In this document: piece by piece, positions 44,856 through 55,044 of the stretch
Position numbering within the stretch: position 1 is the stretch's first letter
How the letters are laid out: every line of letters starts with the position of its first letter
Origin: a bacterium
GTDB lineage: Bacteria > 4484-113 > JAGGVC01
Direction of reading: 5' to 3'
Assembly: GCA_021158185.1 (NCBI GenBank)
Contig: JAGGVC010000126.1
Coordinates: forward strand, 10,689-74,688
Length of the DNA: 64,000 nt
The notes under the pieces: generated by a model
The model's input: only the letters and a program-made list of their open reading frames with translations
What the model was told of the DNA's origin: nothing
Databases searched by the model: none
Position numbers and translations under genes: made by a program

Positions 44856-47393
44856 TTGTCGTCGGTGGTTTTTATGTGCAAAACCGATATTTCGAAAGCG
44901 ACGCCGCTTTTTAAGCAGTATTACGCTCTCAAGAAAGATCACATGGGAGCGATTCTGCTTTTCAGGCTCGGCGACTTTTACGAGATGTTCGGCGCCGACG
45001 CCGAAGCAGCCAGCCGTATACTCGGCATCACGCTCACATCCCGCAGGCTCAGCAACGAAGCGCGGGTGCCGATGTGCGGCGTGCCGCACCACAGTATTAA
45101 ACGCTATATCAAGCGATTGATCGAAGCCGGCTTGACCGTTGCCGTGGCTGATCAGGTTGAAGACGCGAGCGAAGCGAAAGGCATCGTCAGGCGCGAAGTT
45201 ACAAGGGTAATCATGCCGGGCACGATTATCGAGGAAGACTACCTGGATGAAGGATCGCTGAATTACCTTGCGGTTGTTACGAAAAGAAAAGACAGAATCG
45301 GGTTTGCAGTTCTCGAATCGAGCGGAGGCATAGTCCACGCGGGCGAAATGTCCTATGATTCAGCTGGTAGCGTCGCAAATGAAATAGAAAGCCGCGGCCC
45401 GCGAGAGCTTAAACTATCTCCCGAACTCATGAATGACAGAACGTTCAGCCATCTCCGCGCAAGTTTGCCTAAAGATACAGTTCATGAAACAGGCGAGTTT
45501 CCATCCGAGCCGGACCTGGTTTTCTTCGCCGAAAGGCAGTTCAACGCACCTCTGAAATCACTTGGAATAGAGGGCAAGCCAGCGCTTCTCCAGGCTCTTT
45601 TCGAAATCATTCGCACACTCCAGTACAGCTTCAAAGTGACCGATCTTCCACTAACGCTTGTATCGCTCGATCTATCCGACCATATGGTTCTTGACGGCCA
45701 TACGATTACAAACCTGGAAATACTCGCAAGCCCGTATGCGGGCGGTGAAGCGCTTATCGATGTTTTTGCCCGCCCAAAAACTGGTATGGGCAAGCGGATG
45801 CTTACGGAATGGCTTCGTGCTCCGCTTCGCAATGCATCGTCCGCGTCCGAACGCCTCGATGCCGTGCAATCGCTGCAAAACGAAAGTGAAGTCCTGGATG
45901 CAATACAGGAACTTCTCACGGGAATATGCGACATCGAGCGAATTGCGAACAGGGCGGGGCTCGACCGCACAAATCCGCGCGAACTTGCAGCATTACGGGA
46001 GTCCCTTAAGAGGCTTTCAGAATTATCGGATGTACTGAATAATGCTCCGCAGGATAAATCAGATGTCGATCTGAGTAGCTTGGTGAATCTACTTGCGCGA
46101 ATCGCAGAACGGCTTGGGGCAAAACTTGAGCTTGCAGAGAAGCTTGCGCTCATCCTGGCTGAAGAACCGCCCGTGAACGTCTCGGATGGCGGAGTGATAG
46201 CCGAAGGTTTTTCCGCTGAACTTGACGATCTTAGAAAGATTATTCGAGAGGGCAAGAATTGGTTTCTCAGCTATCAGAAGAGCGAGGCAGAGCGTTCAGG
46301 AATCCGTTCTCTTAAAGTCAAGTATACTGGTGCATTCGGCTATTTTATAGAAGTATCAAATGCAAATCTTCATCTGGTTCCGAAGGATTACACGCGTAAG
46401 CAAACTCTTGTGAATGCCGAGCGCTTCACGACATCAGCGCTTTCGGAGCACGAATTGAAGCTTTCTTCCGCGGAGGAGGATTCGCTCAGACTTGAGACGG
46501 AGTTGTTTAACAAGCTTGTTTCCGATGTTGCGAACGAGAGAGACACGCTTATTGGCATTGCAGATGCTGTCGGGATGCTTGATGTGCTTGCAAGTTTCGC
46601 CGTGACTGCCGAGCGGGATCAATGGATGCGTCCGGAGTTTGTAGAGACCTGCGGAGTTGACATCAAATTGGGGCGGCATCCGATGGTGGAGCGCGCAGTC
46701 GGAAGGAACAGGTACGTTGCCAACGATGTAGTGCTTTCACCCGAATCACAGCAGATCGTTATCCTGACTGGGCCGAACATGGGCGGGAAATCCACGTATA
46801 TGCGGATGGTTGCGCATATTGTACTTCTTGCCCATGCAGGCAGCTTTGTTCCAGCGGAATCGGCTCGCATTGGTGTAACGGACCGCATTTTTACTCGTAT
46901 CGGTGCATCCGACGCGCTGGCGATAGGGCAGAGTACGTTTATGATGGAAATGATCGAGACAGCGGAGATACTTCGTACGGCCACGAATCGCAGCCTTGTA
47001 ATCCTCGATGAGGTAGGGCGTGGCACTGGAACATACGACGGACTTTCGATTGCGAAGGCGGTTGTCGAGTATTTGCACGAACATCCGCGCGCACGCCCGC
47101 TTACGCTCTTTGCGACCCATTATTTCGAGCTGACCGAGCTTGCATCGATACTCCCGAGGGTTTTGAATCTCCGTATGGAAGTGCTGAAGGAAGGCGACGA
47201 GTTCGTATTTCTGTATGCGGTCGAGCAAGGATTCGCCGATGAATCCTATGGAATCGAGGTTGCCAGGCTCGCGGGACTGCCGGAAGGCGTAGTTTTACGC
47301 GCTCGCAGAATCCTTGAGGAGCTTGAAGAAGTGAAACATGCCCACCTGAAACACGCTCGCGAAATAATTCAGTTGGGTCTTTTCGAGGAATGA
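44856..47393 (+). CDS. mutS: DNA mismatch repair protein MutS
   Basis: N-terminal mismatch-binding motif (…TPLFKQYYALKKDH…LFRLGDFYEMFG…), Walker A GPNMGGKSTYMR, and DE…HELT. Confidence 0.95.
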   Translation: MSSVVFMCKTDISKATPLFKQYYALKKDHMGAILLFRLGDFYEMFGADAEAASRILGITLTSRRLSNEARVPMCGVPHHSIKRYIKRLIEAGLTVAVADQVEDASEAKGIVRREVTRVIMPGTIIEEDYLDEGSLNYLAVVTKRKDRIGFAVLESSGGIVHAGEMSYDSAGSVANEIESRGPRELKLSPELMNDRTFSHLRASLPKDTVHETGEFPSEPDLVFFAERQFNAPLKSLGIEGKPALLQALFEIIRTLQYSFKVTDLPLTLVSLDLSDHMVLDGHTITNLEILASPYAGGEALIDVFARPKTGMGKRMLTEWLRAPLRNASSASERLDAVQSLQNESEVLDAIQELLTGICDIERIANRAGLDRTNPRELAALRESLKRLSELSDVLNNAPQDKSDVDLSSLVNLLARIAERLGAKLELAEKLALILAEEPPVNVSDGGVIAEGFSAELDDLRKIIREGKNWFLSYQKSEAERSGIRSLKVKYTGAFGYFIEVSNANLHLVPKDYTRKQTLVNAERFTTSALSEHELKLSSAEEDSLRLETELFNKLVSDVANERDTLIGIADAVGMLDVLASFAVTAERDQWMRPEFVETCGVDIKLGRHPMVERAVGRNRYVANDVVLSPESQQIVILTGPNMGGKSTYMRMVAHIVLLAHAGSFVPAESARIGVTDRIFTRIGASDALAIGQSTFMMEMIETAEILRTATNRSLVILDEVGRGTGTYDGLSIAKAVVEYLHEHPRARPLTLFATHYFELTELASILPRVLNLRMEVLKEGDEFVFLYAVEQGFADESYGIEVARLAGLPEGVVLRARRILEELEEVKHAHLKHAREIIQLGLFEE

Positions 47394-47394
47394 T

Positions 47395-47422
47395 GGAATA
47401 ACGTCGTAATTTCGGTTATTCC
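47395..47422 (+). terminator. 8-bp-stem hairpin (GGAATAAC…GTTATTCC) directly after the mutS stop; possible terminator or attenuator
   Basis: Inverted repeat read from the sequence. A T6 run follows at 47441-47446. Confidence 0.2.
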
Positions 47423-47432
47423 GGCAGATTCC

Positions 47433-48641
47433 GTGGCTCATTTTTTGTCATTAACGAGGGTAATTCCAGTAGCTGTGAGGCATATTTTGAATACTGGAGC
47501 AGAAACGCGTCTATCCGAAAAAATGCGCGATTTTGAAGCAGATCGCGCGCGCGAAAATGCACTTTCGCGCCTGTTTCGCGCCTATAACCCGCGGTCAGGA
47601 TCGCGCGTCTGCCGACATGTCGAAAATCGGGGTGTTTCTGAACGATTTTCAAGGATTTTTGCAGCATTTTTGGTCTTTTTCGTCGTTTTTTCAGGATTTT
47701 ATGACGCGATCGCGAAACCGCGCGTTGACGAATCGAACTATTTCGCGGCGACGCTCTATCCAAAGAATTCGGCAAAGAGTTTCATCATCTACCACGTTGA
47801 CACAGACCGGGTTGTCGCGAGTCTGAATTTGGATTACATCGGTCCGGTTGCTTCGCTCACCAAGATGATGACCTGTCTTCTTGCCGACGAAATGCTCGAC
47901 TATAACGGGAAGTACAAGCTCACGCCCGATGAGGCGAAGGCTCTCGGGCTTGCAAAGCCTGCAAGCGGAAAATCAAGCTCCAGAAAAGGAAAAAAAGGCG
48001 GTGCGGTCGCTTCAAAGGATGCGCCGCCGGTTTATATTTCGCTTGAACAGATGCTCGACCTTGCGCTGGTTCCCAGCAACAATACCGTGTGCAAGATCAT
48101 TGCAAGGCTGATCGACGGAAACGAAAAAACATTTGCTGCACGGATGACGCGCAGGGCGAAAGAACTGGGGATGGAAGACACTGTATACTCGAACTCATCT
48201 GGGTTACCGTCAAAGACCGATCAATACTCGAACGTACGCGACCAGGTGATCCTGGCGCTCGAAGTGATGAAGCGTCCGAACCTGATGGGCACTGTGGGGA
48301 AACATTATATTTTCCATCTGGAGCGCTGGGACTCGACGATGTATTATCTCAAGCAACGCTATCCGGTCGCCGGAATCAAGACCGGGTGGACAATCAAGTC
48401 CGGACGATGCATCGTGATTCTCGTAGAGCATCCAAAGTTCGGCAGGTTCGTTGTTGTACAGCTTGGTTCGGTGAGCATTCCGCAGGGATTTGTGGATGCC
48501 GAGATTATACTATCGCGCTTCGGCATAATCAAGCTTGCCGACGATTCGCTCCTGAGCGAGGCTCGCAGACAGGAAAAGGAAAGAAAGCGTGAAGCCGAGC
48601 AGGAAACGAAAGACCGTGCCAAAAAGAAGAATGCTGCATGA
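47433..48641 (+). CDS. dacA: Serine-type D-Ala-D-Ala carboxypeptidase (peptidase S11, PBP5/DacA-like), membrane-anchored
   Basis: SxxK (ASLTKMMT), SxN (SNSSG) and KTG (KTGWT) motifs. The N-terminal TM anchor is IFAAFLVFFVVFSGF. The start is uncertain and could be the internal MRDFEAD. Confidence 0.7.
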   Translation: MAHFLSLTRVIPVAVRHILNTGAETRLSEKMRDFEADRARENALSRLFRAYNPRSGSRVCRHVENRGVSERFSRIFAAFLVFFVVFSGFYDAIAKPRVDESNYFAATLYPKNSAKSFIIYHVDTDRVVASLNLDYIGPVASLTKMMTCLLADEMLDYNGKYKLTPDEAKALGLAKPASGKSSSRKGKKGGAVASKDAPPVYISLEQMLDLALVPSNNTVCKIIARLIDGNEKTFAARMTRRAKELGMEDTVYSNSSGLPSKTDQYSNVRDQVILALEVMKRPNLMGTVGKHYIFHLERWDSTMYYLKQRYPVAGIKTGWTIKSGRCIVILVEHPKFGRFVVVQLGSVSIPQGFVDAEIILSRFGIIKLADDSLLSEARRQEKERKREAEQETKDRAKKKNAA

Positions 48642-48715
48642 AACTGGGCGGGTAAGCATTCACGCCGGTGAAACCGCACGAGAATGCAAAATGGTCACAT
48701 TTCGCCTCTTGAAAT

Positions 48716-49207
48716 ATGCTGGAAATGAAACCGTTGTATAATGATGTCGTGGAAGGCGGAAAGGTGACCGCGGGCGAATGCTCCACGGTTGCAGATGGAA
48801 AGCAGGATGTCACACGTGGGGACAGCGTGACTGCAGGCGAGCAGGAAGCTCTTGGCGAGCGGAATCTGCTCCTTAGGGGTCTTTCCCTCATCGGTGGCTG
48901 GTTTGCGGCGGTGTTGACGTACATTCGCAATCTGCGTCTCCGGAAAATGCCCCATCCGGATCCTGAAATCAGGCATCTTGAAAACCAGGAAGAACTCATC
49001 AAATGGCTGAGGATTCAAGCGCGGCTTCTTACCCCTCTCCACAGCTTCTATCGCGGCATCGCAATCGGTCTTGGCGTGATGATCGGCACAGGTCTCGTTC
49101 TCAGTATCATCGTTCATCTGCTTTCCCAGCTTGCACTTGCGCCGCTAGTCGGTGATTTCGCAAAGCAGATTATGGAATACCTCGAAACCGCTACAAACGG
49201 TTCCTGA
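48716..49207 (+). CDS. Hypothetical membrane protein (two predicted TM helices)
   Basis: Open frame with hydrophobic segments GLSLIGGWFAAVL and IAIGLGVMIGTGLVLSIIV. Confidence 0.3.
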   Translation: MLEMKPLYNDVVEGGKVTAGECSTVADGKQDVTRGDSVTAGEQEALGERNLLLRGLSLIGGWFAAVLTYIRNLRLRKMPHPDPEIRHLENQEELIKWLRIQARLLTPLHSFYRGIAIGLGVMIGTGLVLSIIVHLLSQLALAPLVGDFAKQIMEYLETATNGS

Positions 49208-49229
49208 AATCCCGTCGGAGAATACTGAC

Positions 49230-50693
49230 ATGAAAAAGGATGAATTTGGCTCTCGGCTGACGCGCTTCTTATTGATCTGGATTGCCGTAGTGGGCGTTTT
49301 ACTGTGCATTCCCGGCTTCGCAATGGCGCAGGCTGATCCGATAGGCGAGAAGATTAAGGCGATCAGCATCGACTCAAGCAACGAATGGACGATCGTGAAG
49401 CTCGATTTCGATAACGCGATTCCCGAATACACTCTGCATTTCGAAAAAGGCTCGCCCAAGCTAGTCCTGATAATGATCGGTACAAAGATTCCCGAAGATG
49501 TTTTGAAGGGCGAGACGCCTGTCGATCGTTTTCCCTTGTGGAAAGTCACGCCGTATCAGGGCAGCGTGAATTCGAGCCTTACGCTTTACCTCGCTTATAG
49601 CTGTGAATATCTCATTGGCAAGACAGAGAAGTCGCTTCTGCTCAAATTTCCAAGGCGCATGAGCTATTCAAGGGAAATCGAAATTGGCGAAGGCGTGTTA
49701 TGGCGCACGGAAGGCAAGGAAATCGCGGATCGCCCGCTTCGGTACGACTGGCTTGTCATTCCTAAGTCGAGTGAGGTGAAGCTTGCGGTCGAAAGCGCGA
49801 GCAGCTTAAACCGATCGCGTCGAACGATGGAATTAACAGAAATGTGCAGCGCAACAGGTGCAATCGCTGCCGTGAACGCGGGCTTTTTCAACGGTCAAGG
49901 CTATCCCGTGTCCACACTCGTCGAGGACGGGCTTTTCGTAACGAGCGGCCGATACCCGTCGCGCCCGATGCTGCTTCTCCTCAGGGACGGATCGATAAGG
50001 CTCGGTAGGTTCACGGTCAGGCCGGAGCTTGTAATTGGAGGAAAAGTTATTCCGCTGAATGGGCTTAATGTTCCGATCAGCGACAGCGCGACGGTTGTTT
50101 ACAACTGGAATTATCCTTTCGAAAATATCCCGCTTTCGGGATTTGTATATCTGCTCAAGGGCGGAAGGCTTACGCCGGAACTTGAAGGGATAAGGGAACT
50201 TTCGGGATCTGATGAGTACTATATCGTTACGACGCTGATGCCTGAGGCGAATCCACTGAGCAATGTATCGCCCGATACTCCGGTCGAAGTTCGAACAAGG
50301 ATTTACGATAGGGCAACCGGCAAGATGCTCGATGTCGAGGATGCGGTAGGCGGCGCTCCGATGCTTGTTAAAGACGGCAAAATCAACGTGTCCATTACTG
50401 AAGATTTTGTGCGTGAAGATATCAGCAAGAATCCGCGTGCTAGGACAGCAATAGCTATTCTCAAGGATGGAACGATTCTGTTGGTTGTGGTGAGCGAAGT
50501 GCGTGATACGTTCTACAAAGGCGTGAAACTTGAAGAGCTTGCTAAGTGGCTGTTGGCGAAGGGCGCAGTGGATGCGTTCAATTTGGATGGCGGCGGATCG
50601 AGCCAACTTGTCATAGAGGGAGCGCTCGTGAATCCTTACCAGGGCTCGCCAAGGAAGGTGCATAATGGGATTTTCCTTGTGCCAACGAACTAA
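49230..50693 (+). CDS. Secreted phosphodiester glycosidase family protein (NAGPA-like / DUF2233) with an N-terminal AMIN-like domain
   Basis: Signal peptide after MKKDEF, with a GGAGA ribosome-binding site. The C-terminal NLDGGGSSQLV signature matches the phosphodiester glycosidase family. Confidence 0.55.
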   Translation: MKKDEFGSRLTRFLLIWIAVVGVLLCIPGFAMAQADPIGEKIKAISIDSSNEWTIVKLDFDNAIPEYTLHFEKGSPKLVLIMIGTKIPEDVLKGETPVDRFPLWKVTPYQGSVNSSLTLYLAYSCEYLIGKTEKSLLLKFPRRMSYSREIEIGEGVLWRTEGKEIADRPLRYDWLVIPKSSEVKLAVESASSLNRSRRTMELTEMCSATGAIAAVNAGFFNGQGYPVSTLVEDGLFVTSGRYPSRPMLLLLRDGSIRLGRFTVRPELVIGGKVIPLNGLNVPISDSATVVYNWNYPFENIPLSGFVYLLKGGRLTPELEGIRELSGSDEYYIVTTLMPEANPLSNVSPDTPVEVRTRIYDRATGKMLDVEDAVGGAPMLVKDGKINVSITEDFVREDISKNPRARTAIAILKDGTILLVVVSEVRDTFYKGVKLEELAKWLLAKGAVDAFNLDGGGSSQLVIEGALVNPYQGSPRKVHNGIFLVPTN

Positions 50694-50771
50694 GCAGGTT
50701 GTTTGAAGAACATTGGGATTTGATTCCCAATTTGATTGAGGAAGTTCGGGGATTGCGAAGGAGAGAAGCCG

Positions 50772-52361
50772 ATGAAAGTAGGCACGAGGTTATTTCTGGG
50801 ATTTGCGGTGGTTCTCGCTTGCCTGTGGGTATTTGCTTTCCTTTCCATAAGCACATACAGGAACACTTATTCGGAATTCATACTCCTGCAGAACGATATA
50901 ATCCCCGGCGTGATGGCAATGACCGAGATGTACTCTCTGGTAAATGAAACATCTCATACGATCACTGAGTATATATACTTCGGCGGTACAGAAGAAAGGG
51001 AGCAAGTGCTTGCAGGTATTGAAGAGCTTAAAAGAGCCGGGCAGGTTCATTTCGAACATGAAACGCACATTGGAGAAAAAGAAAAACAAGCAGCGGAAGA
51101 GCTGACAGCCGGGATACAGGAGTATGCATCGCTGGTCATTAAGCTCGTAGATCTCAAGGATCAAGGTGCGAGCATCGAGGAATTGACAGCTATCGATCAC
51201 GATGAGCTTCATACTGCAGCTGAGGCATTGTCGCCTGCGCTTTTGGCGCACAAGGCAGTACATATGGAAGAAATGGACGGTTCTCTTAAGGCGGTCTGCG
51301 ATGGAATGAGCTTTGGAAAGAGAATCTCCGTTCTGGCAAGCGAACTTGCTGTACTCGCGGCGATACTCGCGGCGTTCGTTGTGGCAAGGTCGCTCCTGAA
51401 GCCGATTCACGCTCTCAGGCAAGGAATGGCTTACGTGGGCGAAGGCAATCTTGACTACAGAGTTGGGTCAACGGCCAGAGATGAAATCGGGGATCTTTCA
51501 CGTGAATTCGATGCGATGACAGGCAGGCTGGCGAAGACAACTACTTCAATTGAGGATCTGAACGAAGAAATTGATGAGCGTAAGCAAATTGAGGAAGCGC
51601 TTCGTGAACATGAAGAGAAGCTGCGATCCGATATTGAACTTGCCGCTGAAATCCAACGGCGTATGGTGCCCCCTCTTCCTACAAGCTTTGGCGATGTGAT
51701 CGTTGAAGGCGTTTATAAGCTGTCCGAAGAGGTTGGAGGTGATTATTACGACTTTACGTGCGATCCTATGGGTATCGAGCATCTGATTGTAGCCGACGTT
51801 GCCGGACATGGCATAGCTTCTAGTCTCTTCTGCGGGGCGATTAATGTGCTTTTTAGGCAGGCGGCACCGTTTGCGGACGCACCGGATGAATTCTTCAATT
51901 TACTTAATCATGAACTTATTCAGCTATCCGGAGAATCTGCAAAATTCGTAACGGCGGTTTATATCCAGATAAATCCGGATGATGGAGGGCTAAGGATATT
52001 GAATGCTGGGCATCCTGCAGCATACATTATTGGGTCTGAAGGTATCAAGGCCCGGATCGAATCTAGCGGTATTCCTTTAGGATTGTTTAGTAGCGCGGAA
52101 TGGAAAGCTGAAGAATTTGTGTTTGATATTGGCGACGTACTGCTTATTTACACTGACGGAGTGATCGAAGCGAAGAAATCCGATGGCGCGTTTCTTGGCG
52201 TTGACGGGCTAGAGAGATTTATTAACGACATTTGCGAGAAAGAGGGGCGGGGCAAAGTTCCGCAGAACCTGGCACAGAAAGTTGTGGATACAGCGTTTGA
52301 ACTCTGTCCGAAAATCGAGGACGACGTGACTGTTCTGACGGTTCGATGGCCGGAAATATAA
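50772..52361 (+). CDS. Membrane sensor with HAMP domain and PP2C/SpoIIE-type serine phosphatase domain (RsbU-like)
   Basis: Two TM helices flank a periplasmic region of about 170 aa. A HAMP domain follows. The PP2C motifs are LIVADVAGHGIASS and …GDVLLIYTDGV. Confidence 0.8.
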   Translation: MKVGTRLFLGFAVVLACLWVFAFLSISTYRNTYSEFILLQNDIIPGVMAMTEMYSLVNETSHTITEYIYFGGTEEREQVLAGIEELKRAGQVHFEHETHIGEKEKQAAEELTAGIQEYASLVIKLVDLKDQGASIEELTAIDHDELHTAAEALSPALLAHKAVHMEEMDGSLKAVCDGMSFGKRISVLASELAVLAAILAAFVVARSLLKPIHALRQGMAYVGEGNLDYRVGSTARDEIGDLSREFDAMTGRLAKTTTSIEDLNEEIDERKQIEEALREHEEKLRSDIELAAEIQRRMVPPLPTSFGDVIVEGVYKLSEEVGGDYYDFTCDPMGIEHLIVADVAGHGIASSLFCGAINVLFRQAAPFADAPDEFFNLLNHELIQLSGESAKFVTAVYIQINPDDGGLRILNAGHPAAYIIGSEGIKARIESSGIPLGLFSSAEWKAEEFVFDIGDVLLIYTDGVIEAKKSDGAFLGVDGLERFINDICEKEGRGKVPQNLAQKVVDTAFELCPKIEDDVTVLTVRWPEI

Positions 52362-52405
52362 ATTCGTATCGAATCCCCGCACAACAGATGGGAATAAGAA
52401 AAGGA

Positions 52406-52436
52406 ACGACCTTCCATCTCTGACCCGAAGGCGTCG
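52406..52436. terminator. Imperfect 10-bp-stem hairpin between the convergent PP2C and hpf genes; possible bidirectional terminator
   Basis: ACGACCTTC … GAAGGCGTCGT inverted repeat. There is no clear U-tract. Confidence 0.2.
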
Positions 52437-52437
52437 T

Positions 52438-52974
52438 CTAAGCCTCCGGAATCAAAAGACCGAGCGTTCCGTTGCTGCGTCGGTAGAGAACGTTCATTTC
52501 ATTCGCTTCCTGATGTGAGAAGATATAGAAGTCGTGCCCGGAAAGATCCATCTGCATGATCGCTTCCTCGATATCCATCGGCTTGATTTTGAAGTGTTTC
52601 ACGCGGGCAATTCTTCTTGCCGTTTCCTCTGGAGTTGGCGCATCTTCGCCTACAAGTTCATTTTCACTCGGCTGACGGTATTTGTCGATAAGCTTTGTCT
52701 TATACCTGCGCAGCTGCTTCTCGACCTTTTCTACCGCAAGGTCACAGGCTTCCTCAAAGCTCTGCCCGTATTCTTCTCCACGAACGAACTTACGGGCTAC
52801 ATCAACCGTTATTTCAACGCGGAAATTCCTGCCGTTTTTTCGTGAATGATACTCATGCATCTCGACTTTGGCCTGCTCGGCTTTACTGAAGAACTTGCTG
52901 AGCTTTTCCACTTTCCCACGGATGTAGTTCTGAACCTTATCACTAACGCTCGCGCCGGTTAAGATTACCTGCAT
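52438..52974 (-). CDS. hpf: Ribosome hibernation promoting factor (long HPF / RaiA family)
   Basis: N-terminal S30AE domain (MQVILTG…VEKQLRRYK) and a C-terminal dimerisation domain. Confidence 0.9.
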   Translation of the reverse strand: MQVILTGASVSDKVQNYIRGKVEKLSKFFSKAEQAKVEMHEYHSRKNGRNFRVEITVDVARKFVRGEEYGQSFEEACDLAVEKVEKQLRRYKTKLIDKYRQPSENELVGEDAPTPEETARRIARVKHFKIKPMDIEEAIMQMDLSGHDFYIFSHQEANEMNVLYRRSNGTLGLLIPEA

Positions 52975-53188
52975 ATCTACCTCCGAACCATATTTTCCAA
53001 GAAACCATTCTTAACAAATTATAACGCAAAACCACGTTTCATTCCAGTACGCTAGGATTTACGCAAATCGCATGATGGCCATCAGTGTGCAAATGTCAAT
53101 CCTTCGTTGCTTGAATCACACAATTTTCAGCCGATTCTGCGCAAACAGTACCGATATCCTTGCAAAGAGAGCAGGAAATCGTTTCCCG

Positions 53189-53827
53189 CTAATGAGTATC
53201 GTGGCTTTTGTCCGTATTCCAGGAATCTCCCCAATCCACTCGCACTTCCCTGCGAGGCCACGCCTTCGGCTCATCCGCGCTGTATCCAAGAAGCACGCAC
53301 CCGACAAGTTTTCTGTCTTCGTCAAAAAAAGCGTCGATCTGCTCACGTATCGTCAGCTGCGCAGCCATATATAGACTTCCGAGCCCTTCCGCAGTAGCCG
53401 CGAGCATAATGTTTTCTGCAGCCATTGCGCAGCTGACAAGTGTCCATCCATCATCAGAATCGTCATTATCGGCGTAAATCACGATCGCTGCGGGCGCGTC
53501 GCCCAAGTTGTGGTAGAAAGACTCACGAAGCTTTACGCCCTCCGGCCCGTAACGTTTTTCGATCACAGGTTTCAGCTTGTCCCAGATAACTCGACAGATA
53601 ACAGCGAATTCATCGCGTTTTTTACCGGTCAGAACATGAAGAAACCATGGCTGCGTGTTGAGCGCTGACGGAGCCCAGAGACCTGCTTCGATGATTCTCT
53701 CAAGCACAGGTATAGGTACAGGTTTCGTCTCGTACTTGCGAACACTTCTTCTTGAGAGAGCCACTTCATAGAAGCCCTTGAGTTTGTCGTCCATATGCAT
53801 CTCCTCGAATGCAAGGTTGTCGAGCAA
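53189..53827 (-). CDS. Nitroreductase family protein
   Basis: …RRSVRKY…IPVLERIIEAGLWAPSALNTQPW… is the nitroreductase signature. Confidence 0.75.
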   Translation of the reverse strand: MLDNLAFEEMHMDDKLKGFYEVALSRRSVRKYETKPVPIPVLERIIEAGLWAPSALNTQPWFLHVLTGKKRDEFAVICRVIWDKLKPVIEKRYGPEGVKLRESFYHNLGDAPAAIVIYADNDDSDDGWTLVSCAMAAENIMLAATAEGLGSLYMAAQLTIREQIDAFFDEDRKLVGCVLLGYSADEPKAWPRREVRVDWGDSWNTDKSHDTH

Positions 53828-53938
53828 ATATTCTAGCCTGTGCGAAGTGCAATTGTGATAGTATTCGTCCGGTTTTGAGATATTCTAACCCTTTGAACGC
53901 GGTTGTACATGAGGCAATTATGTCTCAGGAGTATTGAA

Positions 53939-54967
53939 ATGCCCGGGAGATTGATTACGGTTGCAGATTTCAGCGATACAGACATCCTTGAAACTGTTTC
54001 GCTCGCAGTCAGGCTTGCTGCGTGGCTTGAAGCGGATGGATCACTGCCCAACGATGCGCCATTCGGAGACGTACTTGCCGGATGCCTGGTCCATCTTGCA
54101 TTCTTCGAGCCATCCACCCGGACGCGAATCAGCTTTGAAACGGCGGCAAAACTTCTTGGAGCTGACACGGTTTTGTTTACGGGTGCGGATTCAAGCATTG
54201 TGAAGGGCGAATCACTAGAAGATACGGCACACACTCTGCTGGCAATGTGTCCACATCTTGTCGTAGTGCGCCATCCCAATGCAGGTTCCGCAAGTCAATT
54301 TCAATCATACTTCGATATTCCGGTTGTAAATGGCGGTGACGGGCGCGGTCATCACCCGACGCAAGCACTGCTTGATATTGCGACAGTTCATTCCGAAATT
54401 CCTCTTTGGGAGATGGATTCAGACTTTGAATTTCTGAAAGCAAGGCCTGATGGAGAGATTGATCTCAAGCCGAAAGCCGGCCCGCTTCACCTTGTGATTG
54501 TCGGCGATATCAGAAACTCGCGTGTCGCGCGAAGCAATGCAGAAATCTGGACTAGAATCGGACACAGAGTGACGCTTATCGGGCCAAAGGCGCTTCTTCC
54601 GGTGATGCCCATTAACGATCTCGTCGCGCTGACCTTCGATTTCGATGAAGTGATACCCACAGCTGATGTAATTATGATGCTCAGGATGCAAAAGGAGCGC
54701 CAAACTGCATACGCGGAAAGCGGAATAGCAGGAGCGAGCGCGCGATACGCGCTTACGGAATCGCGTCTCGATCGCGCACGTCCCGACGCTCTAATACTGC
54801 ATCCAGGTCCGTGTAATCGCGGGACGGAAATTGAAGATGCAGTGTACCGCGATCCGCGTTGCCGCATCCGACAACAGGTTCGATTCGGTGTTGCAGTGAG
54901 GATGGCTGTACTCGCGAAGCTCCTTGAACGGAGGGACAAACTCTGCGACGTGCTTTCTTCACTGTGA
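53939..54967 (+). CDS. pyrB: Aspartate/ornithine carbamoyltransferase family protein, most likely the aspartate carbamoyltransferase catalytic subunit
   Basis: STRTR carbamoyl-phosphate motif, HPTQALLD, and HPGP near the C-terminus. An AGGAG ribosome-binding site lies 8 nt before the ATG at 53939. Confidence 0.6.
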   Translation: MPGRLITVADFSDTDILETVSLAVRLAAWLEADGSLPNDAPFGDVLAGCLVHLAFFEPSTRTRISFETAAKLLGADTVLFTGADSSIVKGESLEDTAHTLLAMCPHLVVVRHPNAGSASQFQSYFDIPVVNGGDGRGHHPTQALLDIATVHSEIPLWEMDSDFEFLKARPDGEIDLKPKAGPLHLVIVGDIRNSRVARSNAEIWTRIGHRVTLIGPKALLPVMPINDLVALTFDFDEVIPTADVIMMLRMQKERQTAYAESGIAGASARYALTESRLDRARPDALILHPGPCNRGTEIEDAVYRDPRCRIRQQVRFGVAVRMAVLAKLLERRDKLCDVLSSL

Positions 54968-55044
54968 ACCTGGTGTTGTTGTATACTTAAAGCTCCAAGT
55001 ATGATGTAAATGAGGAGAGGATTTTCCTTGTCCGGGAGGTTGAG